DNA from: Macrostomum lignano
Lineage: Eukaryota
Reading direction: 5' to 3'
Length of the DNA: 64,000 bases
Assembly (NCBI GenBank): GCA_002269645.1
Contig: NIVC01000358.1
Location: 50,732 to 114,731, forward strand
Shown here piece by piece: positions 12,646-25,322 of the stretch; position 1 is the first letter of the stretch, and every line of letters starts with the position of its first letter. The notes under the pieces were generated by a model. That model ran no database searches. It saw nothing but the letters and a program-made list of their open reading frames with translations, and was not told the DNA's origin. The position numbers and the translations under genes are program-made.

Positions 12646-14054
12646 GGATTGAAGGCCTGCAAAAACAGTCGCTTGCAATTGATAGAAACTAATACTGATT
12701 TTATGGAAATCAGTTCTAGTTAGTCAAAAAATACAAATCAAATAAAATACTAATACATGTATCTCGATCCTATTGTTTACATTGCTAAGCGTCTCTAACC
12801 CAAAAGCCAGATTCATCAAATTTTAAAATTGATAGAATGGCATTTAGGATCCAACTTTAATTATTCAAAAATTCAAGTTAATTTAAATATGACCCACACA
12901 ATGACAAAATACTAAATAACAGCATAATATTTATTATATGTCTATATGCCTATCAACAAAGAGGGGGTCATTTCATAAGCCAAAATTATACCATGTGTTG
13001 GACTTTGAATAAAAACAAATTTATATAGTATTATCTTATGGGTTTTATCTTGTTTATTTTTTTGAGAAATTGCTATATAAAGGGCTCAAAAGGTAGAGTT
13101 GGACAATAAGTATGCTTAAAATTGTCATTAAGAAACAAAATGGGCTCAATCAACAATTATTGTACAATTTTACCACAGTTATAACTGTTTTACATCTGTT
13201 ATTTGTCTTGTTTGGCATAGTAATATACTGAATAGCATCATTGTATCATAAGTTAAGTTAGTTTTTAATCCATATGAAGTATATCAGCCTTGATTTTATC
13301 TTGCAGATAAGCAGTTTAATGAGTTTCAATCTGTTTTTAAGTATATCAACCTAAATTTTATGATTCAAAGGAGGCAATTTGGTAAGTTTAATACTGATAG
13401 CATTGATGTTATTCCCAATTGAAAGTAAGGAAAGTAGCATGTAACTCTTTTTATATAAGGCCTCAATGCAAGCCCTTGATTTAATGAATTAGACAAAATC
13501 AAAGGCCCTTTTTGATAAAGCAAAATAATATTATAACTAAAGCTTTCACCTTTCAAAGCCTTTTTATTTCCTATTGCTCTTAAGAAATAATATGAGCAAA
13601 TATACCATAAACTCAATCAGGTGTTTTTGCTCTACTGTGGAACTGGACTTAAGAAATGTCTAAAAGAAAGCCAAAGGAGCAAAAAGACATTTTAGTATCA
13701 AAAATGCAAGACAAGCAGCAATTTTGAATAAATAGGTAACTGGTTGGGCTATAAAAGATTCATATTAACCTATTAGCCTATATTGACAATTTCTATAATT
13801 GCAGGAAATTATACTTTGTATATATTTAAGCACATAGCAATACAAGACTGGTGAGTATAAAAGTCCGAAACTTTTTGCTATCATGTAACAAAGGGAATTC
13901 ACTAAAAACACTAAACAAGTCTGCTCAAACCTATTACTTGATTCAATATCAATTTCTATTTTAAATAAAATACAAAAATGTGTTACAAAGGTTACAAAGG
14001 GCATAAAGATACAGAAGGATTGTAGAAGAAAGACTGTATCTCCATAGTGTTTTT

Positions 14055-14300
14055 AGGTATTGTGAAATTTAGGGCTTATGAAATTTAGGTCTTGTGAAAT
14101 TTAGGGCTTATGAAATTTAGGTCTTGTGAAATTCTGTGCATGCCTTTTAGATGTTATGAAATTTAGGTTTTGTGAAATTTAGGTTTTGTGAAATCTGTTG
14201 CATTGCTTATTTTTGACATTGTGGAAATTAGGGTTTATGAAATATAATTCTTATGAAAGGTTCTGGTTTTGACATTGTGAAAATTAGGGTTTGTGAAACA
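14055..14300. repeat. Degenerate tandem repeat of about 18 bp (GTGAAATTTAGGGCTTAT)
   Basis: Repeated (A/G)TGAAATTTAGG motifs. Confidence 0.8.
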
Positions 14301-14339
14301 ATCCTTATCTGTTGAAGGTCTTGGCCTAGTGGATCCTAC

Positions 14340-15020
14340 AAATCTTGACAAGCAACCAGAAGTCTGTGCAGTTGCAATATATAAAGCTTGTCCTGCAAAC
14401 TTACAATCAAGATCCTGCCATCTTTCTGTCTTGCTATGTGACTGGTAATAAGACATGGATCTACTACCATGATCCCAAGTCAAAGGAGGAGTCAAAAAGC
14501 AGTGGCTACTAGTTGGCACACCTGCACTACTGAAAGCATGGACTGGATGCAGTACAGGCAAGAAAATGCTCAGTCTTTTGGGATGCCAAAGGTCCATTGC
14601 TGCTGGACTTTCTGCTACACAAGCAGACAGTCACAGGTACTTACTATGCCAATCTGATCACCTGTCTACACAAGGCAATCAAGGAAAATCGATGGGGAAT
14701 GCTGAGCCATGGTGTTGTGTTGCAGCATAACAACGTACCTGTCACACTAGTGGGCTGGCAAAGGCAGCTGTCAATGTTGCAGGGTTCCAAGAGCTACCAC
14801 ACCCTGCCTATTCACCAGAACTTGCCAAGTAACTTTTACCTATTTCTGCATCCCAAGCGAGCACTTCATTGGCCGCAATCTGACATGAATAAAGCCCTGA
14901 AGGATGCTGCAACCTCTTGGTTTAAGAGGTGCTCAAAGAAGTTCCTTTAGAGCAGCATCAAAGCATTGCGATCAAGATGTCACAAGTGCATCTTGGTCAA
15001 AGGAGACTATGTAAAAAACA
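14340..15020 (+). pseudogene. Decayed mariner (Tc1/mariner) transposase fragment
   Basis: Frameshifted motifs VTGNKTWIYYHDPKSKEES, DFLLHKQTVTGTYYANL, VVLQHNNVP and C-terminal CHKCILVKGDYVKK. Many stops. Confidence 0.8.
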
Positions 15021-15025
15021 TACAT

Positions 15026-15183
15026 GCGCAACCTTAGGAATCACTCGGCCATTTCTATTGGCAACACACACATATAAGTTGCTATTGGCTGAGAGTAGTC
15101 ACGTGACTATTATTCCTTCCAATAGCAACTTACATGTGTGTGTTGCCAATAGAAACAGCCGGGTAAATCCATAGGTTGCACCC
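15026..15183. mobile_element. Near-perfect palindromic MITE of about 157 bp centred on TAGTCACGTGACTA
   Basis: Left arm GCGCAACC..GGCCATTTCTATTGGCAACACAC..AAGTTGCTATTGG pairs with right arm CCAATAGCAACTT..GTGTGTTGCCAATAGAAACAGCC..GGTTGCAC. Confidence 0.75.
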
Positions 15184-15849
15184 AAGCATGTAAAAAAAGC
15201 TGATTGGATTTGCCCCAATTCTCTTTCCTTTATACCAAGGCTCAGAACTTTTTAATGCCCCTTGTATATACGAGTGTATATGGCCAAGTTATATAGTTTA
15301 GAAACTTAAATAAATTATAATATATATCAAAGGTAGGCCTTACTGCCCTAGGAATGGTCAGAAATTTTTCATAGATGATTCCCATAGGAAATGACTAAAC
15401 AAAAGAAATCAAATTTATTTATTTTTTTGTACCTATAAAAAGATATGTCTCTGTCCCCTTGTCTATATTATTGATATTAGTATAAAATAAAATTGGCTGA
15501 ATCTATATAACTAAATTCTAATTTAATTTATTGTTTTTTTTCACTTATTTGTTTTATTTATTTATTTACCAATTTATTGCTTTATCCTCACTCCTTTATT
15601 CTTTTCCTCATTTCCTTTTCTCCACCTTCTTTTTATATTTACTATCTATCACTCCCTTACCTTCTATATTTATCTATCTTTCTACCTTGTCCCTTTATTC
15701 TTATTATATTCTTACCCTCTATAATCCTCTTTTCCTCTCCTTTCTCACCTTCTTTGCACCTTTTTATAACCTTCCTCTATTTTCCTATCCTCTTTCACCC
15801 TCTTCTTACCCTCTCTTTATCCTTCTCTTTTACTTTTAATTATTAGCTT

Positions 15850-18320
15850 TGGGATCCACAAAACCCTCATCCATCGACAACTCAAACTCAATTGCCGCAA
15901 GCAACAGGCCCTGCAGTCTCAACTCCAAGGCTTAAAGGACAGCCTCCAGCCAAAACTGGGCCTCACCACATTCTCAGTCCTGTGCCATCTTATCAACAAG
16001 AAGACTGCCAGTGTGTCAACACAGAAAGGATCAAACTTGAGAAGAAGCTCCAAAACCTTTGGCTAGAGAAGCAGCATCATGCAAGCATTTCACAAGCTAT
16101 TACCAACATCTCAAGCCGGAAACTGAGTCCATCTGAACAACATGCCCTTCAATATGGCCTCCAACATCCAATCCTCCCAACTAGGCTCAACAAAATGCAC
16201 ATTGCCGCCGACATTGAAGCCCTTGTGTGTAAGTGCCTCTCTCACAATAACACGGGGAGTCATGAGCCGCGCCAACTTCCTGACAATTTCAAAAGAAAGA
16301 TCATGTTTGAATTTGAACAATTCTCTGCCAAGACCACTAACTTTTTATCCAACAAGAGAAATAAGCTGCTCCACCATACCCTCAAATAGCTCAACAAGTC
16401 TGACAACATAAAAATTGTCAATTATGACAAGGGCTATAGGGTTGCTTTCCTCAACACCATTGACTACATCAATAAACTTAACAACATCCTTCTGGACTAG
16501 ACCAAATTCCAATGTCTGGGATCGCATGATGACATCACGATGTCCCACCCTATCTTCAAATCCGAACGCTCTCTTCAAAACTTTCTGCGCACCCACGTCA
16601 AACAACACATTGATGAAAAATCTTTAAACGCATCATCCCCAGTGGCAGCCAACTTGGTCAGCTTTATGGGGTCTGCAAGGTCCACAAACCTGACAAACCC
16701 CTCAGACCAATTGTCTCCATGATTCATACTGCTAAATATGAACTCGCCAAGTACTTGGATTCCCTCATCAAGCCTTGCCTCTCGTCCAATTTCTCTATAA
16801 AATCTAACAGTGAATTTCTCTATGATCTTCAACAATTTAGTGCCGATACTCCTTGTTCTAACACGCTCTGTAGCTTTGATGTTGTTTCTCTTTTCACCAA
16901 CATCCCCCTTGATCTTGCTGTCGACCTGGCTACTGAACTGGTTTATAAAGCCAACCCTCCCTCCATGACCAAGACCTTCAAAAATCTCCTCCGCTTCGCA
17001 ACCTCTGGCATCTTTCTGTTTGATAATAAATACTACCGGCAAATTGATGGATGTGCCATGGGCAGCCCCCTGGCCCCCACTCTGGCCAAGGTCTGTTTGT
17101 CCCACTGGGAAACCAACAACTGGATGTCTCTTGATTGTGCCCCCAAATTCTACAGGCAGTATGATGACGACACTTTTGCCATTTTCAACAACAGCACCAA
17201 AATCGAGTCCTTCCTTCAAGCTCTCAACTCTACTCATCTTAACATCAAATTCACCCTTGAAAAGGCTACTGACCAAAAGCTTCCATTCTTAGACCTAGAC
17301 ATTGACCTTAGCAGTGGAACTTTTTCTACTAAAGTATTTCGCAAAAAAATGTTCACCAACCTGATCCTTAACTTCCACGCTTTGTGCCCTAAAAATAGGA
17401 AATCTGGCCTCATCAGATGCATGCTCCATAGAGCTTTCATTGTCTGCAACACCTGGGCCAACTTTGACTAGGAATTAAGATCTCTCACCAAACTGCTTTG
17501 TCAAAACGGCTATCCGCAAGATTTCATCTATAGCATCACTCATAAGTTCATCTCTGAAAAGGTTACCAAACAGCAAATCACCAAAAATGACCACAAAGAT
17601 CCCATTCTTGTCCTTCCTTTCTTTGGACATCCTTCTCTTTACTTCAAAAGCAAAATCAAGAAACTGTTTCAGCAATTGCTTAACTGCAACATCATAGTTG
17701 TTTTTCGGACTGCCAAAGTTGGTGATTTCATTGGCCGGTTAAAATTGTGTCTCCCGCGCTCTGCATGCTGGTGTCGTCTATCAATTCAACTGCTCTGTTG
17801 ACCAGAGTGTCTCCTACGTGGGGAAAACTAAGACACCTATACACTAGAACCAGGGAGCACTGGCTCAAACTGTCTGCTATACAAGATCACTTACTGCATT
17901 GTAGTAGCTACTCTAACTGTAGCCCAAACAAGCACTTTAAAAACATTGACCAATGTCAGTCGGACTTCAAACTTAGAATTCTTGAGGCCATGCACATAAA
18001 AGCCTAGTCACCTAGCCTAAACACACAACTCCAACATAGTGGCACGGGTCACCTACTCCGTGTCTTTTGATAAGAGAGAGTACTGGGTGTACATTCTTTC
18101 CGCCCTTGGACTTCACTCTGCTATATGGACTAGCTCATGTGTTCTCCAATATAGATTTGTTCAATAATTTTTCTTATTTTATTGTTTACCTACAATCAAC
18201 TCCACATATTTATTCGCAAAACCTGTTTAATTTTGTTGTTGAAAAAAATAAACCTGAAGATGCACCTAGGAGTGTGAAACGCATCATTACTTACACTATG
18301 TTGATTTTCGGATTCATTTG
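15850..18320 (+). mobile_element. Penelope-like retroelement (RT + GIY-YIG endonuclease), degenerate
   Basis: RT motifs SFDVVSLFTNIPL, YRQIDGCAMGSPLAP, RQYDDDTF and LPFLDL (ORF 16719..17471). GIY-YIG tail TRTREH..SAIQDHL..LRILEAMHIK..PSLNTQ. Multiple stops and frameshifts. Confidence 0.9.
18244..18292 (+). ncRNA. Decayed minimal hammerhead ribozyme at the 3' end of the Penelope-like element
   Basis: CTGAAGA-T-GCAC-CTAGGA-GTGT-GAAAC-GC-ATC: core CUGANGA, stem II and GAAA, followed by a short palindrome-like stem III. Stem I is imperfect. Confidence 0.55.
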
Positions 18321-21300
18321 CTTCTACCTTCTACTTTCCTCTACCAGCTCTTAACCTTTTCTACTATAATACCCCTTCTACCCTTCTTTACCTTGGTACC
18401 ATTTCCTACCCTCCAACCTTTTTTATCCTCTTATATTTCTCTATCTTCCCCTGCCTTGCTCTACCTTTGTATCTTTTCTCTTCTACCAGCCTCTAGCTCT
18501 ACCTCCTTTCAACCAACTCCTATCCTTTAGCCTTATACCCACCTCTACTTTTCTACCCTCTTTTCTTACCCTCATACTCTCCTTTACCTTTTTCTTACTC
18601 TCTTCTCAACCCCCTACATTCTTCTACCCTTTTGCTCTCTATGATTTTCTATCATCCTACTTTCCTCTACTAGCTCCTACCCTTATCTATTTTCCTCAAC
18701 CCTCATATTCTCCTCTACCTTCATATTGTCTTCCACCCTCTTTTCTCTCTCTTCTCTCTTCTCTCCTAATGATATTTCAATTAGTTATATATTGATAGGA
18801 CCAAAACAATCTTATTTTTTAGCTTTATATACCTACACTGTAAAAAATGTGGCTGAGGAAGTGGCCAGATGTATTTTAGAAAAAGTGGCCGAAGATAGTT
18901 ATTTTACCAAAGTGAAATTTTTTATCACAAAAGGCCATAGCAAAGTAATAATATTTGTTTTTAATGAGTGCAACGTGTAATATAACATTTTAACCATGTA
19001 CAATGAATATATAGCATCGAAAATAATATGTGGCCGAGAGTAAATAATTCAATAGTACGTTCTAATCTTAAATTTACAAAGAAACTCACAATGAACTGCA
19101 AAAATAATACAAAGTTAACCACTATGGGCATAAAACTTCATATTATTCTTAAAAAATTGCAGTCAAAAAGCAAAAAACTTGCTGAAAATAAAATTTACTT
19201 TACAAATTTGTTAATGTACTTGCGATTTAATTTGTGTTGACTTTTATCTGATCAAACTACTAAAATCATTTTCAAGCGTTACAGCGCATTTACCCCTCAA
19301 CTTAGCATATGCTCTGCTCTCGTGCTTTGCTCAGTTTCTTTGCAAATTGCAAGAACTTCTGCATTAACTATTGACTGCATTAACTATTGACCCAGACTAC
19401 TGAAATTAGGCCCTAACAACATTGTGACTTGTGTATATATTTTTATATTTGTATATATTTATAGACTACTTACTTATTAACATAGGCCTAGATCACAGTA
19501 TTTATTCAATTCTTGCCCTTGAGCCTTACCTCTTCTTGTGCTTCATTTTATTTTTATTCTTTGTAATTCAACATATCATTGTCTAATTATTATTGTGTCT
19601 GCTTTTTTAGTTTATTGTCTTTGTCTTTGTCTTATAATAATAGCCTTATTCTAAATCTTTGTAAACTAGGTCTACAGTATAAATTAACATGGCCCCAGAA
19701 TTTTTTTTGCTTAAATTTTTTTAAAGAATGTTTCCCTGTAAATGTGGGAAAACATTTGAGCAAATGTCAGGTTTTGTCCACCATTCAAAGTACACCCCTT
19801 GTCTAGAAGAGCTTCAATTAGTAAACAGGTTTACTTGTCCCATTCAACATTGCAATTTAAGTAGTTCAACTAAAGCGGGTATACTTAAGCATTTATTAAG
19901 ATTCCATAACAAGCCTTATGTAGCTGAAGAGACTGCCATTTTTTCAATTGAAGACAAACTAGATGACACTTCTGGCAAAATTAATTACTTAATAGACCCC
20001 AACTTTCCAAGGTCTATTAATGAAAAAGTGATGCAACAAATAATTATAATGACATATCAACTAAAAATGATGAAATCATAGAGGGAGCTTATGGCTTTAT
20101 TGATCAAAGTTCTTCTGAACTAAAAGAGGCTCTAAAGGAAAAGCTTGTACTTGATATAATTAGGTTTTTTTCTTTCTAGTAGAGATCTGCATTGTTTACC
20201 TAATAGACTTAGTCTTTCCTTGACTGACAATGTAAAAGAAATTATTTCAACCTTTAGTAACTTGTATAATGTTATGGCTACTCAGTTTTTAAAAGAAAAT
20301 AATATTTCAACTGATATTATAGAATCAACTAGTAACTTTTTGGACTTTGATTCTTTTTAACACTTGTTTTGATATTTTATTAAGTGATTATCAGCTTTTA
20401 AATTTTGTTAAAGCTAATTATCCTTTTGTAGAACCTGTTCAAACTTGTATTAACAATAAAAAAATTTATTATGTTTCAATTGGAGAAAGCATTCAAGCAG
20501 CATTCCAGAATCTTGACTTTCTTAATTTAGTTTTAGAAGGTTCTTTACAAGAAAAATCTACTTTTTTCACAAGCCCATACTTTCTAAATTATATTGCTCC
20601 ACTTGTTGATAGTCCACTTGAAAATGCTATATATATAGGGCTTTATACTGATGAGTTTGAAGTTGCTAATCCAATTGGCAAAGCACGTTGTAAGCACAAA
20701 GTGTATGCAATTTACTTAAGAATTCTAAATGCACCATATGAGGTTGCATCAAAAGACAAATGTTTTTTTTAGTTTGTTTGCTCAAATACAAAAGTCTATA
20801 AAGCAATGATCACTTTCCTCCACTTACTTTAAATGAAGTCTATGAGCCAATTATAGCAGAACTACATAATTTATATGACTTAGGTATTGATATCAATAAG
20901 TATGGCCAAAAAATAAATGTCTCTATAATTGCTTGCTTTTGTACAGGCGATAATTTATCAATAAATAGCCTTCTTGGTCTTCAAACTAATTTTGCCTCAG
21001 GAAAGGTTGTCGATTTTGCACTGCCAAGGCAACTGATTGTGACTTTTGTCTCATTGAAAATAAACTATTCCAAAGAAGTTCTGATTGGGAAATAGATGAA
21101 ACTACAGGTATTTTAAAGGAATGTCCATTTTTAAGCCTTGGATATGCAACTATGCCCTACTTTTTTCCTCCAGACTTTTTTCACGACCTTTTAGAAGGAA
21201 TTTCCCACTTTGTAGTTTGCTCTGTTCTTAAGTTTTTATTAAAGGAAAAGGCTTTAAGTTTTAATGAAATAAAGGATATATTTAACTTTTTTCCTTTGTC

Positions 21301-21901
21301 TATGCCAGCAATTCTACCAAGCCATATAAATAACAATAGACTACCTTTCTGTGCAGCAGACATGATAGTTGTAGTATTAAGAATGCCTTTGTATTTTGGG
21401 CCATATATTTGTGATATCAACAATAAACATAAGGATAATGTTATGATGCTCCTTATTTTGCATTGTGAACTTATGTCAATTTTGCTATCAAATGCCAGTG
21501 TTCAACATGACACCACATATCTAACACATTTGATTACACAGCACAATGAGTTATTATTCTTAATATCAAATGGTCAGTTAAAAAAGTGTAAGCTTCATTA
21601 TTTACTTCATTACCCAAATCTTATTCTATTTTATAATGGCATTAAAGTAGCATGGACTATGCGTTTTGTGGCCATGCACCAATTTTTCAAGCATATTGTT
21701 CCAAACCTCCATTGTTTTAAAAATGTTGCTTTGACTGCTGCTAAAAGACATCAGTTACATAAGGCTATTGTAACATGTACTCCAGTTAATTTATCTACAA
21801 GCTCTACATCAAGCATAAAGCAAGCATGTATGAAAGATCTTTTTGATTTAGAGACAATTTCTTCAATAGCCAATTTCTTGACAATAAATGTTGATAGACT
21901 A

Positions 21902-23204
21902 CGAGGGTCACTCCGAAAGTTTTTGCATTCGACCACTTCCCCGCAAGCCAGCGCTGTAAAATTGCACCAAACCTTAATTCCAGAAGTTTTCAACTTGCAT
22001 ATAAAAATTCAAGTGCCCAGCTTTAAGAGAAGCAACGCAATCTGCAATTGAAATTCAGTTTTCAGCTGCCTGCCAGCCATGGCTGCCAAACTGTAGAGGC
22101 GCGACATCCGCGCCATAATTTTCTACAACTTCAAGCGCGGCCTCATGACGCAGCAATGCCACGAGGAGATGCAGGCAGCTTTGGGAGATTCTGCGCCTTC
22201 AATCCGCACCATCCAGAACTGGTACCGCGACCTTCGGGCTGGACAGTGCAGCCTGGACGACGACGACCGAGGACGTCCTGCGACAGCAACGACTGGAGAA
22301 AACGTCGAGCTGGCACGCAGCCTGATCGAAGAGGATCGGCGTGACCCACGTGCAATTGGAGCAGCAGCTGGGCATTGGATCTGGGCAAGTGCAGAAGATT
22401 TTGCACAAACACCTTGGCGTACGGCAACTGTGCGCTCGTTGGGTGCCACATTTGCTGACGCAGCAGCAGAAGGATGAACGCGTGCGATGGTGCCGCCAGA
22501 TGCTCGCTGACTTCCAGGACGGCGCCGCACGTGGTGTTTTCGACGTCGTGACGGGCGATGAAACCTGGGTATTCCAGCACGACCCCGAGACAAAGCGCCA
22601 GTCATCGGTGTGGTGCTTCTTTGGCGAGGAGTCACCAACGAAGGTTTGCCGCTCCAGGAGCGTCGGCAAAGCCATGGTCGCCAGCTTCTTCGGCAGATCA
22701 GGCCACGTGGCGACTGTGGTGCTGGACGGGCAGCGAACAGTGACGGCGGAGTGGTACGTCACAGTCTGCCTGCCACAGGTGCTGCAGGCGTGGCAGGAGC
22801 GGCGTCCCAAACGCGGAATCCGCGGCCTTCGCCTGCACCATGACAACGCGAGTTTGCACACGGCGCAGCGAACCATCACATTCTTGGCCGAAAATCATGT
22901 TTCCGTGGTCGGACACCCGCCCTACTCGCCCGACCTGGCTCCGTGTGATTTTTTTCTGTTTCCGAAGGTGAAGGCCGGGCTTCGTGGACAGAGATTTCCC
23001 ATGGTTAAGGACGCGATTTATGCGTACAGGGACGGTGTGGATGCACTGACAAAACAGGACTGGGCTGCGGCCTTTGAGCAGTGGTTTGAGCGAATGCAAA
23101 AGTGTGTGTGCGCGCAGGGCAACTACTTTGAACAGATGTGAGGGGGTTTAGCTCTGGCGAAAGCTGAAAGTGGTCGAATGCAAAAACTTTCAGAGTGACC
23201 CTCG
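21902..23204 (+). mobile_element. Young mariner element (1303 bp), 35-bp TIRs, TA TSD
   Basis: TIR CGAGGGTCACTC(C/T)GAAAGTTTTTGCATTCGACCAC at both ends with one mismatch. TA at 21900-21901 and 23205-23206. Confidence 0.95.
22079..23141 (+). pseudogene. Mariner DD34D transposase with a stop at codon 6 and a 2-nt deletion near 22342
   Basis: MAAKL*RRDIRAIIFYNFKRG..., WVPHLL, VTGDETW, HHDNA and HPPYSPDLAPCDFFLFP. Confidence 0.9.
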
Positions 23205-23733
23205 TACCAGCTAATTGTATAGTGACAAATAGCCTCAAAGTTGCTTCACTAGAATTCAAAGCCCCAACATTAACAAAGTATATGGTAGTTTTTAAAAACC
23301 TAGGACTAGATTGAGATCCTGAACTTCATTATGTTTAGAAAATCATCTGTATTAAAGGCAAGTGGCTATTAGTAGCTAAGAAATGCAGATCAGTTTTTTT
23401 ACCCTCATATTTTGCATTCTACTGTGAGCCACAATCAGATATCGACATCATTGATCCAACAAGCAAATTCTTTCACTCCCCTATATTTGTTGACATCATT
23501 GCTGGAAACCATTATGCTGTTTTTTCTTCTTTTCCACCATTTTAACTTGTTTAGGGACGTTGTTCATGTTCTGCATGTTCATTTATGCAGTGCACATATT
23601 AACATGGTAAAGCCAGGCAAGCATAAACACTTGCGGGTCATATTATTTTCTAAAGTCTCTCATGTCACAATGAACACTAACTAATAATTACAATAAATAT
23701 TTTTACCCACAGCAAACTGCAAGCCTGCTTGGC

Positions 23734-25322
23734 ATGGCGATGGCATCTGCTGAACTGTCACTCTATGCTATTGCGACAGCAGACAAGAAGAAGGTTTTCA
23801 TTTGATCTAACGAAAAATTCCAAGACTTTATTGCTATTGGTTGCAATGCTTTAGGAGTTGACCCAATGGCATCGTGATAACAAACGAAGACGGTGTCAAA
23901 ATTCAGGAGGAAGAGATATGGCTAGCACTAGTAGCCGAGAAGCATTTGCAGCTATTTTTATTTGTGACGTCTTCAGCTTCTGCTAATGCATGCTCTGCAT
24001 CTACTGCATCAGCTACAGTAGCTGAATTGGATTCAGCAATTGCATCATCATCTCAGGCGGAAGTACCAACGCTGCCTCCAGTGCCAGCATTTTACAAGAT
24101 ACCACAGTATCCTACTACTTTGGTTTTAAGAATTGCTTCTACAAATACGCGAGAAAAGGCAGCGAGATTAATGATGGACGAAACTTTTGTGCACTGCCTT
24201 GTTCATCCAATTGCTGATGAAATCACGAGCAAGTATGCGAATACGGAGAAAATAAGCCTCAGATCAACGGAACTCAAGGTGTTTTCAAGTGCCATCGTTG
24301 CTGAGTTCCCAAATTTGGCAGATGTTAACACGGTGGCTAGCCACACTTTTTGGCGACTCCGGATTCGCCGCAGCCTTAAAACCTAGTGGGAAAAAACGTT
24401 TGTCTGTGGCAGTGCTTTGCCACCCAAAGTTCTTGCCCAGCGAGAGAAGTATGGCCGCGGACAAGGCCAGGACAAAAATTGACAAGCGAGAAAGACTAGC
24501 AACCACAAACCACGGCAATCTGCTGCTTTGCTATCTGATGACGAAGACGGTGAGGAGGTTGATGAGGAGCAAGATGACGGCAGTGATTCTAAGGAAAATG
24601 CTGAATGTGAAGTAGAATGCCGAGCTAGCGATCTGACTTCACTTATTGATGAGTTGCTCATTGAATTCGGGGCTGCTGGTGCTAGCCAAGACTTTGCGGC
24701 TATGATCGAAGGTGGACAGCTGCTAGTCAGCATGCAAGAAGCATCCGAGGCAATGGAAGCGACATTTGCAGAACGCAGTCATGCTGTGCAAAAAATGACA
24801 CTAGCCGAGAAATTTTTGGCATATCCGCTGTTATCAAACTCGCAGCTTCTCTGTGAGGAGGCCATTCAAGTAGTAAATGTCTACTCCAGCAATTCTAAAT
24901 CGGACTACCTGGCTCAGAACAGCACAAAAATCTGCACCCTGTTAGACCAATTGCGCGATCTTACACAGTGGATGAATGGAAGCACTTTGCTTCTGTCTAG
25001 GTCATCTTGTACCAAGCCGTTTCTCCAACAGTCAGACGATCCTGAAGTTTCCATTAAAAACGGTTTTATGCTTCTGGCCATCAAGGCCAAAGTGCACAAC
25101 CTTGACGCCTTTTTCGACTCAAATCGCCACATTAGCATTGTGGCAGATGGTGACGTTTCAAGTTTTGACGGTCGTTGGAGTGGCGTGCAGGTGTCCACAA
25201 CTAATATCAAGACGGAATCTGCTTTGGAGACGATTCTTTTATACGTTCTAGCATTTCTGGCGTTAAATTTAAAGCATGACCGCCGCACAGAAAACCTGCT
25301 GGAGAGGGTTGAGAAATCCTAA
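23734..25322 (+). pseudogene. Second (accessory) ORF of the EnSpm element. N-terminus looks like a ubiquitin-fold CIDE-N/PB1 domain.
   Basis: Lies inside the TIRs. ORFs 23874..24386 and 24528..25322 are in the same frame, separated by two stops. Motif ADKKKVFI..ITNEDGVKIQEEE. C-terminal ILLYVLAFLALNLKH resembles animal EnSpm ORF2 (recalled, not searched). Confidence 0.6.

Larger units (their letters stand above)
19728..23640 (+). pseudogene. EnSpm transposase with N-terminal C2H2 fingers, disrupted by stops, frameshifts and a mariner insertion
   Basis: Motifs CPIQHC..HLLRFH, LYTDEFEVANPIG..HKVYAIY, GDNLSINSLLG, PPDFFHDLLEG and KLHYLLHYP..WTMRFVAMHQFFK. The frame NVDRL|PANCIVTNSLKV is restored when 21902-23206 is removed. 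Confidence 0.85.
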
